Below are positions 11,898 through 26,898 of a stretch of DNA of 64,000 nucleotides, piece after piece. Where the stretch lies: the NCBI GenBank assembly GCA_951406725.2, contig OX597823.1, positions 22,692,001 through 22,756,000 of the forward strand, read 5' to 3'. Position 1 is the stretch's first letter, and each line of letters opens with the position of its first letter. The notes beneath the pieces were generated by a model. It was not told the origin of the DNA and ran no database searches. It was given only the letters and a program-made list of their open reading frames with translations. Position numbers and translations under genes: made by a program. The stretch is from Octopus vulgaris. Taxonomy: Eukaryota.

Positions 11898-12754
11898 CTA
11901 AATTAGGGCTTAATCGACGATCTTTTATGTTTCCTTTTTTCAAGAACAAATTCATACATTGGTGATGATGAACTGTTCACGGCGTTGGAAAGCATAATGA
12001 CTGAAGGTATAGTTGACAAAATTTTAGCTGACATGGAGAACTGAATGATAGCTGAATACTGAGAAAGAGTGTTACCTGTATCATGATGAATCGTACCGGG
12101 TATCAACATTCTGACATTATCATTGCTGCTCAATGTTCCATGGGCACTCTAAAGGTTGTTTGACGTGATATGGACAGCTGAAAAAAACAAATTTTCCCAA
12201 AACTGCGACGGTCTTTGGGTATGTTGGCAGTGAGGGTGATTTCATACCACTCCACATCGTTGAAAAGAGCTTCAGGCACTTTGAACAGCATGTTGAAGTG
12301 CTGAGCCCAATGTCGTTTTTCATCAGTTGATCTTAGTTGTGCTTGTCTGTTGGTTCTAGGACTCCAAAACCTTTTAAGATGTCTAAATCTGCTTTTGTTG
12401 TCTACCTATTACTCTCTCCAGTTTCATTCCTTCTCTGTTGTTGGCTTTCCAGAGTTGCACAGGTTTTCTTGTACGCTTCAGTTCTTGAGCAAGTGGTTCT
12501 GGAATTTAAGTCAAGATGAGCTTTGTTTCTTGTATCTGTCAATACATGGATTCTGCCATCATTTTCATCAAACTAATCTCGACGTTTTTTTGTGCGTTTG
12601 CCTATGATATTCACATCTGATTTTAGTTGTATATCTTTTATACTTGACCACATCAAAGAGTCACATTCTACCAATAGATCATTTCGTCTGATAGCCTCAT
12701 AATCTTCTTGGTATCCTTTTTGACATTTGTTCATACATATCTGTATACACATTA

Positions 12755-12964
12755 CTCTTTTACTTGTTTCAGTAATTTGACTGCGGCCATGCTGGAGCAC
12801 CGCCTTTAATCGAGCAACTCGACCCCGGGACTTATTCTTTGTAAGCCCAGTACTTATTCTTTCGGTCTCTTTTGCCGAACCGCTAAGTGACGGGGACATA
12901 AACATACCAGCATCGGTTGTCAAGCAATGTTAGGGGGACAAACACAGACACACAAACATACACG

Positions 12965-13004
<40 letters not shown>

Positions 13005-13173
13005 CATATATACGACGGGCTTCTTTCAGTTTCCGTCTACCAAATCCACTCACAAGGCTTTGGTCGGCCCGAGGCTATAGTAGAAGACACTTGCCCAAGG
13101 TGCCACGCAGTGGGACTGAACCCGGAACCATGTGGTTGGTAAACAAATTACTTACCACACAGCCACTCCTGCG
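12755..13173 (-). mobile_element. tRNA-derived SINE family A, full copy
   Basis: Head with A box (TGGCTGTGTGG) and B box (GGTTCAGTCCC), internal microsatellite, tail ...CAAGTAAAAGA; many copies in window. Confidence 0.9.
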
Positions 13174-13742
13174 TATATGTATGAACAAATGTCAACCGAT
13201 TACATTGACATCAAAGAGAAAGACGTAATATCGGTCATTGATGAAATGAGCTTATAGCTTTTCATTATCAATCCATGAACAGTCTACAACCACGATACAA
13301 ATGATTGCACTTCTGGAATAGCAATCGGTATGGTAACTGGCGATAAATACGAGTAGTCAAGTATCTTTTCATGTACGCATTACTAAGATGTGCCAAAAGC
13401 TAATAGAATGGATCCTGATATCATTTAGTACAAGAGAGCTGAAGAGCATTTCTGCTTTTGTGGAGAACATTTGTCTTGTGCCGTTTTGTCTACTATTCGT
13501 AAATATGGTTTCCAAAAACTATCAAACCAACAGCAATGATGCTTTGCGAACAACATCGTCTCAGTACTACAGCTAAGCATCCGGGAGAGGCTGACATCGC
13601 CAGAACTCTGCTTTCCGGAGAGAAAAAAATATATATACCATGATCTACAGGTGGAATGTGTATGTTATATTGTATGTATGTGTGTGTGTGTGTGTAAGTA
13701 TGTAAGTTTGAATATATGAATACATGTATATGTGAATGTGTG

Positions 13743-13821
<79 letters not shown>

Positions 13822-14387
13822 TTTATTATATATAGTATATATTATATATAACATATATAGAGAGAGAAAGAGAGAGAAACGGAAGAAGAGAGGGTTAGAC
13901 GAGCAAAGAAGAAAGAAATCCACAATCGGATAGATAAGAGGATAGACAGACAGACAGACAGACTGACAGACAGACTGATTGATAGAGAGACAGACAAGCA
14001 GACGTGATACGGTAGATGTGTGTTCTGCAATACAGCATACGTAAGTTCAGCTGTGTTTACAAGGTGTAAAGAGGCGAACACGACGAAACACTTTATCCAA
14101 CAGCTGTGTAAACATCTTTAGACATGAAACATTCACACGTCACAACATCAATATCAACAACAGAAGCTACTATTACAACAACAACAACAATAGCAACAAC
14201 AATAACAAAAATAGGTAAAACAACAACGACAACAACAGAAATTTAATCTGTAAATATTAAAATAGGATGTTAAAAGTGCAAAATGGAAGATAAAAATATC
14301 CGAAGATGGAAAGGACATAGGTAATGGAAAAGATATATCTATATGTATGTATGTATATATGTTTGTATGTATATATGTATACATATT

Positions 14388-14428
<41 letters not shown>

Positions 14429-14955
14429 TATAAGAACATAAATGAGTTAAGTGTCCACTACAGCTGTTTCAGAGTCGCTTTTTTATTGATGACTGATTCG
14501 ATCAAATTAGGTTAATTCAAAATTAAAAGTCTTGATTGGAGAAAAAATACTAAGATGTAGAATGTGAATTGGCCCTTTCATCTCGGCAACAAGGTTCAGC
14601 CAGGTTTCATAGGTCTTAAGGTTATAAAACGATCAATGGACAACGTCACATCAAATCATTTCTTTAAAAGGATGGCCAGAGATGAAAGATAAGAGGAAGG
14701 CAGACTGAAAGGAATAGGGAGGAGAGGAAAGTAAAGAAAGAGAGCTTATCAGTGTTGTGTAGACAGGACAAGTAAGTATCCTGGCGCCGGAAGAGAAATT
14801 ATATTCAAGCCGGAACATTTTTGATGGACGCAAACCCAGTAGACATATATAATGTACAACATACATCAGCCACATACATATATTTATACACACACACACA
14901 AACACACGCAAATAAAAGACATCAACCTGTATGCATACATTTACACGCACATACA

Positions 14956-14990
<35 letters not shown>

Positions 14991-14994
<4 letters not shown>

Positions 14995-15077
14995 CATAAG
15001 GGACTAAAGCCATCTGAATATGGCTAGGGACAGGGCAGGGTGGTGGGGGTTCAGATGGCTTTAGTCCCTTATGTTAT
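14991..15077. repeat. Perfect 28-bp hairpin with G-rich loop
   Basis: ataacataagggactaaagccatctgaa / ttcagatggctttagtcccttatgttat; loop contains four G3+ runs. Confidence 0.9.
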
Positions 15078-15244
15078 CGAGCAGTTACTGTCTATATCTC
15101 TTTTAGAGAATTATTATTGCTATATATATATATATATATACTATTGTGTCAGGGGAGAGTCATTTTCTTTTAGTGCCTTATAATTTAACACACTCACCGG
15201 TAAAAACTCATATAAATAATCTTGCAAACCAAATCCAAGAACAA

Positions 15245-15301
<57 letters not shown>

Positions 15302-15317
15302 TACACACGTATTCTTT

Positions 15318-15652
15318 CATTATTTCCGTTATTTGACTTCGGCTATGCTGGAGCACCGACTTCTAGTCGAAGAAATCGACCCTAGAAATTATTCTTTGTA
15401 AGTCTGGCACTTATTCTATGAGTATTTTTTGCCAAACCGCTATGTTACAGAGATGTAAACACACCAACATCGGTTGTCAAGTGACAGTGGTGGGAGACGA
15501 TGGGATTCTTTCAGTTTCCGCCTACCAAATCCATTCACATAGCTTTGGTCGGCCCGAAGCTTTAGTAGAAGGCACTTGCCTAAGATGCCACGCAGTGGGA
15601 CTGAACCCGGAACCATGTGGTTAGGAAGTTAGCGTCTTACCAAACAGCCGCA

Positions 15653-15653
<1 letters not shown>
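15318..15653 (-). mobile_element. SINE family A, internal deletion
   Basis: Homologous; central microsatellite missing. Confidence 0.85.
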
Positions 15654-15705
<52 letters not shown>

Positions 15706-15734
15706 GTATGTATGTATATATGTTTATGTATATA

Positions 15735-15828
<94 letters not shown>

Positions 15829-16070
15829 GTTGAACAGGAAGAACACAAGTAGAAAAAGACGAAAAAGACGAAACTGGGAAGAAATTTAGACTAAGACACT
15901 ATACACAGAATATTCACAGCTGCGTTTTCCTCGTCAGTCAATGCCCCAAAATATCATAGTGGCTTCGTGCCATTACCATTAAGACCACTCAAGTTTGGGG
16001 GCACCAGTGCTGTTATTAAGATACTGAGAAAACGCTAGCGAATGTATACTAAGACAGAAACAAAATATTA

Positions 16071-17666
16071 CACTGCGTCCCACATTATTAGGCTATCACC
16101 CTCCTCAATAAATAAGTTTGTATTCGTTCAAAACCAGTTGGTTTCCCACTGACAGTTTGGCAACATCTACCTGCGCGCATTCTGTTAAAATAAATCGGAT
16201 CTGCGCAAGCGGAAACAAACGGCGGCCATTATCGTGTAGCAGCAACATTTCTGCTGTCCCAAATTATTAGGCAGTTGCACAATGTATGTGTCATTATGGG
16301 TCTGAATCATGATCTTACCTCGAATGAGAAGTCTACCATAGTGTATGAGCTTGGAAAAGGAAAAGCAATCATAGAAATATCAAAAATACTAGGAAGATAT
16401 CACCAAACAGTGAAGAAATTTGTGAAGTCTCCTATTTCTGATCGGTCGTGGACAGATGAGGGTAAGTCGAGGGTTGTTTTGAATCATACTTTGTCACGTG
16501 TGAAAAGGGAAGTTGTGGAGAACCCATGTCTGACAAGTACAGAAGTCTTCAAACTTTGTGGCAGGGAAGACGTATCGAAAATTACCAGGTGTCGCCTCTT
16601 AAAGCAGGTAGCCAGCAATGTTAAACCTGTTACAATGTCCCCTCTGAAGGCTTTTCATAAACAGAAGAGACTGAAATGGGCAGAATATTACATTAAGATA
16701 GTTTTTCAACAGTTCTGTTCACTAACAAATGCCGTGCTACCCTTGACGGGGTAGATGACTGAAGTAAAGTTTGGGTATCAATCAGCTGGAACCGTCCTCG
16801 TGGTTTAAGATGCCAATGGGGGAGGGTGAGATGGGGTCATTTTTGGGGCTAGCATCTTTGGTGGTATGATGCTCAAGCCATGGTAAGTTCCAGATGGCAT
16901 TAAGGTGACATCGAAAACATATGTTACCTTCTTAAAGGACAATTTCCAACCGTGGTTCAAAAAGAAAAATCTTTAATTCAAGAGAAAGCTGGTCTTCACG
17001 CAAGATAATGTCTTATCTCAAGCAGCGAAGAATTCTAAGGAACACCTGCAGCAAAGAGGCTTCTCTGGAAGTAGTTTGATGGAGTGGCCACCTTGTTCCA
17101 TGACTTAAACCCGATCGAGAACATGTGGAGTATCCTGAAGAGGTGCGTTGACCAAGATGGACGGCAGTTTTCAAGTAAAGTTACCCTCTGCGATGTTATT
17201 GTAGATGTTGCTCAAAGCATGACACAGGAAGGTATTATCACCTTGACAAATTCAATAGATTTAACACGTTAGGAAGGTTATTGCATGTGGAAGATCGTAC
17301 ATCAAATATTAGGAGCTGTATGACATCATAATCCCATGATTATTTTCATTCAAATGTATTATTATGTTTACCATTAAGTCTTTTATGAAACTTTTTTTAT
17401 TAAACTTTTACTGTTGAATTAAACAAATGTTAGTTATGACCCAATCGTCAATTTCTATTATACTTGCCTAATAATTTGTGACGGTGAAAATGTTGCCCAA
17501 TTACAAAGATGGCCGCCATTTGTTGGCGACTGCACAGATCCGATTTATTTTAACAGAATGTGCGCAGATAGGTGTTGCCAATAGTCTGTGGGAAAACTAG
17601 CTTTGAACGAATATACATTTATTAATTGAGAGAAGATTGATATGCCTCATAATGTAGGATGCAGTG
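16071..17666 (+). mobile_element. Tc1-family transposon with ~200-bp IR/DR-type TIRs, decayed
   Basis: TA-CACTGCGTCC...GATGCAGTG-TA. Long inverted termini with internal ATTATTAGGC direct repeats; HTH ORF 16275-16754, QDN and DLNPIENMW motifs. Confidence 0.92.
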
Positions 17667-18135
17667 TATATAGATACAACAGACAAAGAATTATGCGTAT
17701 ATAACAGCACGAAGCCTTACGGCTATATACAACAGAAGAAAAAGTAATAATTATACATATACCACAAATACAACAGAAAGTGCTTTGCAGCTCTCGAACG
17801 AACTTAGCGGGGTTGCGCACCCTTAAATAGCCATAACTGTCGTCTGCTTTCCTCCTCCACTGTACCAAAACCGTGAAATCCTTGACCTCTCACCCCAAAC
17901 CTACCCTGACGAAGAATAATACCGGCCTTTTACTTTTTATCTTTATTTTTATTTTATTTTCGGTCTCATTCTTTTTATATGCACTACTTATCCTCTTTAC
18001 TCTTTACATTATTTTTCTCTTCGTTATCTTCATTTCTATTATTCTCTCTTTTTTCTCTTCTCTTCACTCACTCACCCCTCCTCTTTCACTCTGATCTACC
18101 TGTCGCCTATTTGTGTGTGCGTGTGTGTGTGACGT

Positions 18136-18760
<625 letters not shown>

Positions 18761-19317
18761 ATGTATCTATATATATATGTATGTATTGTATAGAGATATA
18801 AATATGTATTTAAATATATAGAGAGAGAATATGAGTGGGGGTTAGTAGTTCACTGATGATCGAAACCAGTTGGTACGCTGCGTAAGTGCTTTATCCGTTA
18901 GGTTTCAAGCTCACACCTGAGACTGGAGCTAGGGATCCGTAGTAGGCTTCCGAGTCAGCAGGTGTATATTAAAGGAAAAGGAAGACAAAACCAAAGCAGG
19001 CGGATCATGTCAGGTTATTTAGAATATTTAATTAGAGTAAGGTGAATCAAAAATGGAGATTCATACATACATACATACATACATACATACATACATACAT
19101 ACATACATACATACATACTGGCACCGTCAACATCGGGAGTGCAGGGGCAGTGGACTGTTTAAAAAGTCCGCGTTGAATGCTTTCCTCTAGAAATGTGCCG
19201 ACTTCTCCAGTCTAAATTGGTAAGTGGTTTATTTCTCCAATAATTAATAAAAGAAACACCTTTTACTCGCCATCGTAGCGCTATCCTGAACAGATTTGAA
19301 AATATACATCTACAGCA

Positions 19318-19551
19318 TGTGGTAGCTGGTAGAATCGTTAGCACGCCGGGCTAAATGCTTTGTGGTATTTCGTCCGCCGCTGCGTTCTGAGTTCAAATTC
19401 CGCTGAGGTCGACTTTACCTTTCATCCTTTCGGGGTCGATAAATTAAGTACCAGTGACGCACTGGGGTCGATGTAATCGACTTAATTCGTTTGTCTGTAC
19501 TTGTTTGTCCCCTCTATGTTTAGCCCCTTGTGGGTAGTAAAGAAATAGGTA
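19318..19551 (+). mobile_element. SINE family B monomer
   Basis: Homologous to unit 1 of the trimers. Confidence 0.85.
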
Positions 19552-19559
19552 TCTCGCTA

Positions 19560-20995
19560 ACACGATTATGGCTGAAACTAACACTACCACAGATGAAACA
19601 GACAACGTCACCACTAATGAAAATAGAACTACTTCGCCAATACACTTCTATTTTGCTTGGACTCAACAACTAAACCAAGATTTACTTCGGTGCTATAAAA
19701 AAGCCCGAGATGACTCTTCAATCGGAAACATGAAGCGGTTAAAACAATACTGGGTCGAAGCTTATCCCAACTTAAATACCTTCACGGTGAAACAGCTCCG
19801 ACAACAAGCATCTTTTGTAAAAAAAAAATAAATATATATATATATATAAATAAAATAATTGATTCTCGACCTTTCCAAAACACTGAAAATGGGCCAAAAT
19901 CTGCCACAAGAGGCGTAAAAAATAATGTAAACAAGCCAGACTCTCTCCGTCGCTGAATTTAGCTGACTCAATAGCAAAGATTCAAAAACATTTTAAAATT
20001 ACAATTCGCAAAAAATTTTGCTACTTTCTCGAAGCTTTCGTTGAGCAACAGACTATTCTCAACAAGAGTGAGAAAAAATCCGACCGAACTAATACTTAAG
20101 GTTATCAACGATGTTACTGGAGAGCAGATGGAATCATGTGATGTTAATGACAGGAATATTAATACTCTTATACACACAGCCGCTTTTACTCTTGCGGAAC
20201 ACCTAGGAGAAATCTACTGTGAACAAAGTAACGGAATTATTAAACGGAAACAACCTCGATGGAAAACAAAACCTGAAGAAAACATCAAGAACGTGCACCG
20301 CCATATTGGATGGTTAACTACAACAATAAAATGTAAGGAGAAAAATGAGTTCATACCTCAACAACTCTACCTTAGACAAAACGAAACTTTATAGCAACTC
20401 TTCATACAGAATTCTTGAGAAAAAGCTAATCACTTTAAAACATGAACTCAGGAAGGTGAGCGAGAAACTTTGCTATCGCATGCGAATTTTTGAACGAGCC
20501 ACTATCAATCGCAAGTTTGCTTCCAACCCAGAACCATTATACAGAGAGATGAAGAAGGAAAATATTACCATTAAGAAAGTGCCCTCCCAAGAAGATCTAC
20601 AATAATTCTGGTCAAAAATGTGGAACGGAAAGAGGAATTTCAACCTCAATGCATCATGATTAAATACAACTGAGAGAAAATACTGTACCAACATTAACAG
20701 TAAAACATACAAAATTGATGCAGAAACCTTCGTTATAGCAGTAGGCAAACTGCAGAATGGGAAGGCACCTGGAAGGGACCTGATAGTTGGATATTGGTAT
20801 AAGAAGCTGACATTTTATAGAAACCAATTGATATATATATCTTCAAAAGGACTATGGAAGGTCAGACTAATATACTAGTCTTGTTGCCAAAAATGAAATC
20901 ACCGAGATGACAGGAAACTACAGGCCCATTGCTTGCCTAAACATTATGTACAAACTGTACACAAGTTGCCTCATCCAATTCCTCCAGGACCATAC
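19560..20995 (+). mobile_element. Decayed R4-clade-like non-LTR element (N-terminal region and start of RT)
   Basis: [58 protein letters not shown]; many frameshifts. Confidence 0.8.
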
Positions 20996-21000
20996 ATACT

Positions 21001-21079
<79 letters not shown>

Positions 21080-21099
21080 ATATGTATGTATTTGTGTGC

Positions 21100-21143
<44 letters not shown>

Positions 21144-21199
21144 GGATGGATTGATATACCATACCATTTGTCTGAATGCATATAGATCTATACACATGG

Positions 21200-21581
21200 A
21201 AGCACTCCGTCGGTTACGACGACGAGGGTTCCGGTTGATCTGAATCAACGGAACAGTCTGCTCGCGAAATTAACGTGTAAGTGGCTGAGCACTCCACAGA
21301 CACGTGTACCCTTAACGTAGTTCTCGGGGATATTCAGCATGACACAAAGAGTGACAAGGCCGGCTCTTTGAAATACAGGTACAACAGAAACAGGAAGTAA
21401 GAGTGAGAGAAAGTTGTGTTGAAAGAGTACAGCAGGGATCACCACCATCCCCTGCCGGAGCCTCGTGGAGCTTTAGGTGTTTTCGCTCAATAAACACTCA
21501 CAACGCCCGGTCTGGGAATCGAAACCGCGATCCTATGACCGCGAGTCCGCTGCCCTAACCACTGGGCCATTGCGCCTCCAC
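21200..21581 (-). mobile_element. tRNA(Arg)-like-headed SINE family C
   Basis: GGCGCAATGGCCCAGTGGTTAGGGCAGCGGACTCGCGGTC...GGTTTCGATTCCC head with TCG anticodon-like loop. Confidence 0.85.
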
Positions 21582-21839
21582 CTATACACATACATATACA
21601 TGCATGCGTGTGTGCATTCATGTGCGTACATATGTATTCATATAGGTATATACGTATGTAAACAGTACAGATGAATGATCTTTACAGCCTAGTAATAAAA
21701 AATTAATCGATATATTAGTAACGGGAACAACAAAACTATCAAGGATGGTGATTGTGATATTTAATACCAGATTATCTACAAAATTTAAGATACGTGTGTG
21801 TGTGTGTGTACGTGTCACAAGGTAAATAAATATAGATAC

Positions 21840-21921
<82 letters not shown>

Positions 21922-22029
21922 GAGTGTATTTTTACCTTGTTAACAATTAACACGGAAAATAAATAAATAGTTAACATGTGTCGAAAGTAAAAATATTTGA
22001 TTACACCTACGTTAAACTCCATTTATTTA

Positions 22030-22069
<40 letters not shown>

Positions 22070-22101
22070 CGTGTCCATATATGTCGGAGTATGTATGTCT
22101 T

Positions 22102-22184
<83 letters not shown>

Positions 22185-22405
22185 GGCTTATATGGCCCAT
22201 TATTAGATTATTTTCTTTAGTCATTGCATGGTGATCACCATAAGCTTTAAGCTTATACCATTATTGTTGTTTACAGGATTGTAAAACACGGCGCCCGTAT
22301 AGAAGCCATTCACATCGAAAGCATATAGAAAGTTTGTTTACATAAAACAAATACGAACTAATATAGTTTTTAAATTCGACAGAAAACGTGTGGTTTGTTT
22401 ACAAG

Positions 22406-22443
<38 letters not shown>

Positions 22444-22469
22444 TGGGAAAGGCTGGATTTTGGGCCATA

Positions 22470-22715
22470 AACAAGCCAACATCGGTTGTCAAGCGGTGTT
22501 GGTAGGACAAACACATACACACAAACATACTCTCACATAAATACATGCATATATATATATATATATATATATATACACGATAGGCTTCCGCCTGGTCGCC
22601 CCGAGGCTATAGAAGAAGTAGTAGAAGACACTTGCCGAATGTGCCACGCAGTGGGACTGAACCCGGGACAGTGTGGTTAGGAAGCAAGCTACTTGCCACA
22701 CAGCCACTCCTGCGC

Positions 22716-22716
<1 letters not shown>
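22470..22716 (-). mobile_element. SINE family A, partial
   Basis: Head and central part homologous. Confidence 0.8.
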
Positions 22717-22781
<65 letters not shown>

Positions 22782-24783
22782 GGGGATAGAGATAGATAGA
22801 TAGATAGATAGATAGATATACACACTTGGGTGTAGACGCACACATGTGCACGTATAGTGAAAACGCGTGATCTCCTAGTTAGAGTACTGACCTTACTATC
22901 GTAAGGTCGTGTGTTCAATTCCTGGAGCGTTGTATCTTTAGCTGGGGGACTTCGTTTCACTTTGCTTCAGTTTACTCTGCTGAACATTAATAGCAGCTTA
23001 TTGAGGGTCAGCGTTCTCTTCTCTCGGGTGATATATTCTCAGTGTTCCATTGAGTCAAGCATGTAACGGCCGAGTTGGGGTTTATGTCTGATCATAAGTA
23101 CCATTTAAGTACCACTGCCTAGGTACTTAAATTTATTATCGAAAGTATGATACTAACTGCAAGTCATACTCGCTTGCGAGTGACTGCTATGTTGTACATG
23201 TCTGTATGTGTTTTTGATCTATTTAGATCCATCCAGATGTTCATGGCCACTCTAGTATAGTTGATTAATGTTTTTGCACAAAGAGAATCATTTTACTATG
23301 AGGATGAGTTTGATTAAGCTGGGTTTTTTTTTTGTTTTTGTGTTCAGTACAACAGTCCTAGGAGAAATTAGAGAGAGAGAGAGCTCTTTTGCATCGCGGA
23401 TAAAGATCTACAGCGAATCAATGTTCATTGTAAAAAAGTAACTGTAAGGGACCAAGAACAAAGAAGTCAAACTGACGGAGAATTGCTTTGGCGACGTGAA
23501 TATGTGATAGAACGACTGACACAAAGTGAGAGAAGAGCTGGTAGACGTATTCCGAAATGAATTGCAAGCTGAAACAATGGGATGGCAAGAGTTATTGGAC
23601 AGATGGATGTAGATGATTGAGTAGATTTATAATGAACGGCATTCCAATCATGACCATCTCATCTTTTTTATGTGCAGGGAAACCAGGACCATATTATTCA
23701 CTGTGCATTATTTTAAAGCGCTAGGGTGTTGTTTGGAGATAATCCAGCGGTTATTTCTAGCTGGTTGAGGGGCCATGTAGAGGCTTCTTCGGAGATACGG
23801 GTGTGCCGATAATTATTTTGCTTGCTTCTTGACAAACGATATTTATCCGAAACGTCAATTAGTCGGGTTTTCTTTTGTCAAAGCACACTACATTGACTTT
23901 GTATTCTTATTCATTTTCTCTCGCCCACACACCGTTTCATTTCGTGTAATACTCTAGATATAAAATAAACACCAGGAGAATTTTAAACAATTTTGCTAAT
24001 GGCATACGGAAATCTAAAACGTATATTCACGTAGAGCAATTTTCTTGATTGTACTAATGAGTTTCAGAAGTGGGAGTTTGAATAGAGCTTTAATTAACTT
24101 AGCATTTCTACTACATGTCTAACGTACAGCTAAGCAGACAGTTGTCAAATATTTGTATTTGTTGTTGATGTTTTTGCTAACCTTGGTGAAGCAGGTTTAT
24201 ATGAAAAGCATACTAGCCGTTACAATTCCGTCTTTTAAGGAGCTTCAGAAAAGGTATCATCTATAGAGTCCTCCATTTTTTAAATGCTGTGATGTGATCT
24301 TAGGAAGGTTTTGCTATTGTGAACAAGTAGGAGTCCCTCGCAGTTTCAATCTATACTCGCGTGTTTGAACGTCGAAATTCTGTATTTTCGTGCCTTAATC
24401 CTTTTGTTATTCCTACTTTTGTTGTTGATGTTGTTGTTGTTGTTGTTCTTCTTCTTCTTCTTCTTCTTCTTCTTCTTCTTCTTCTTCTTCTTCTTCTTCT
24501 TCTTCTTCTTCTTCTTCTTCTTCTTCTTCTTCTTCTTCTTCTTGTTTAAACTTTAGATTGGCCCTGATTGAGTAGACCTGTGGTTAAACTCATTCCAGCC
24601 TTGACCATCTTGCTTTTTAGCATATCCATGGCTACACTTTGCTGCTATTCTTAGTAATTCGAACTAGGCACCACGTGGTAGCTCGCTGGTTTTGCTGTTG
24701 TTGTTGTTGAGTAGCTGTTCTTTGCCAGGCTCAAACAGATTTTTGGCTATTAGATAACTACTACTTATTGTTGTTGTTGTTGT

Positions 24784-24815
<32 letters not shown>

Positions 24816-25165
24816 TTTCTGCTACAAACGCTATTATTATTTTCTGGGGGTTTTTAAGGTGATAGGTGATAGAATAGGATTTAAAAGAAATTATCTGTTG
24901 TTCCTAGCAAATCCAACAATCACCTAAAGTGTTCTTTGATAAGATATCAACAGGTTGAAGGTTCATTTATGACAAAAAAAAAGATCAAACACACGGGATT
25001 CGGAAGGCCATCAATTTTGTGTACATGTCATGGAATTATAATTCTCTGTCTTTCAATCGGCGTTCCAGCCATAGCTATCCCATCTTTTTCCGACAATTTT
25101 GTTACATTGAAAAGCAGTGTCGTTAGAGCGTCGTTTAGAATACCTCGCAATATTTGTTCTGAATA

Positions 25166-25870
25166 AGGCGGCGAGCTGGCAGAAACGTTAGCACGCCGGG
25201 CGAAATGCTTAGCGGTATTTCATCTGCCGTTACGTTGTGAGTTCAAATTCCGCCGAGGTCAACTTTGCCTTTCATCCTTTCGGGGTCGATTAAATAAGTA
25301 CCAGTTACGCACTGGGGTCGATATAATCGGCTTAATCTGTTTGTCTGTCCTTGTTGTCCCCTCTCTGTGTAGCCCCTTGTGGACAGTAAAGAAATAGGTA
25401 TTTCATCCATCTTCACGCCGAGGTCGACTTTGCATTTCATCCTATGGAGATCGATAAAATAAGTACCAGTTGAGTACAGGAGTTGATGTAATCAATTTAC
25501 TCATATCCCTGAAATATCTGACTTTGTGCCAAGAACGATATTTGTTCCGACTTTCGCGTGCTAAGTTCAAATCCTGTCGAGGTCAACTTTGTCCTTCATA
25601 TTTTCGAGATTCATAAAAAGGAACTTATCCATGATGGTGGATTAAAAGATCTGTAAAAATATCGGACCAAAAAATACGTTGCAGGAATTGTTTCGGCTTT
25701 TTGTATTCTGAATCAAGATCCATCCCGCTGTGGTCAACTTTGTTTTTTCATTCTTTCAGGGTCGAAAAAGAAACAACCCAGGGATTGACAGAACTGTAAG
25801 AACGTTGGACAAATAACTTGTGGTATTTGTTCCTGCTCTTTACCTTCTATTTCCAAATCCCTACGGGTAG
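25166..25870 (+). mobile_element. SINE family B young unit followed by several older degenerate units
   Basis: Head at 25166; repeated gaggtc(g/a)actttg...ttcat cores. Confidence 0.75.
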
Positions 25871-26898
25871 ACTGAAATAGTAGTCTAGTTTAACACTCCC
25901 ACTTGGTTCTTGAATGCCTTTAAGGGAGTCCATTTTAGTTGTCAGTATTAGGGTCAGGTAACAGGTTTGAGGACAGCGTTCTCCCTCCCCACTCCCTCTC
26001 TCTCTTTCTCCTTCCTTCCCTCCCTCTCTCTTTCTCTTTCTCTCTGTCTCGTCTAAGTCTCGGACGACCAGTACAGGGCATGGCTAATGTCTTCTGTCCC
26101 TACTAAAAGGTAAGAACACATAATTAACCTTTTGGTATACAATTCCTTTTATTTTCCATTTAGTAGAGTTCAGTGTTAATGATAATTGGCAACTTTTGCC
26201 AGCAGGTCGACAACTATATAAAGGTATCTTTTGTTGATTGGTTATCGGTGTATTGAGATGCAGGAGTGACCAACTGGTTACGAGATTCACTACGCAGTCT
26301 TGAATTTGCGAATTCGAGCCCGCTGGGCGCCATATTGGACGAATGTCTCTCTCCATAGCCTCGAGTTGACTAAAGATTGAAAGTGACTAAAGTGAAATTG
26401 GGTAGGCAGAAACTAAAGGTCCCTGGGATAGAGGGAACCTATTATTTGGAAACCAGTTTTGGCACACACTGTTACGTTGTTTTTTTTTTCCTGAGAATTG
26501 CACAAACAGTATGCGTGTCTTCGAATAACCAATCATTACATGCCTATTAAACAAGGGTGGCGGCACGAGGCTTAGTGATTAAGGTGTTGGACGACTCATG
26601 ATCGTAAGATTGTGGTTTCGATTCCTGGACCGGGCGACACGTTGTGTTCTTGAGCAAAACACTTCATTTTCATATTGCTCCAGTCCACTCAGCTGGCAGA
26701 AATATACTCTCCATCGTCCAGGTAGAGAATATACACAGCATGAAACCGGGAAATTGCCCTTACGAGTCAGTATGACTCGAGAAGGTAACTTTACTTTACT
26801 TTTACTTTATTAAACGAGGAGCTCATTCCAACGATCAAATAATTGAACACTCATCACCGAAACCAACAGGAACGCAATGTTCTTTATTGATCATCGTA

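Noticed and set aside
11900-13600. Possible APE-type LINE remnant around the SINE
   Set aside because: Only vague peptide resemblance; cannot support a call by eye.
14450-14475. GAAACAGCTGTA hammerhead 3' half on minus strand
   Set aside because: Matching CUGANGA/stem II half not found.
18853-18875. CTGATGA-TC-GAAA-CCAGTTG-GTA hammerhead-like string
   Set aside because: No stem II and no stem I pairing; at best a collapsed relic.
21505-21580. tRNA-Arg-like sequence
   Set aside because: It is the head of a multi-copy SINE, not a tRNA gene.
23825-23862. TTGACAA...GAAACGTC variant hammerhead
   Set aside because: Stem I does not pair.
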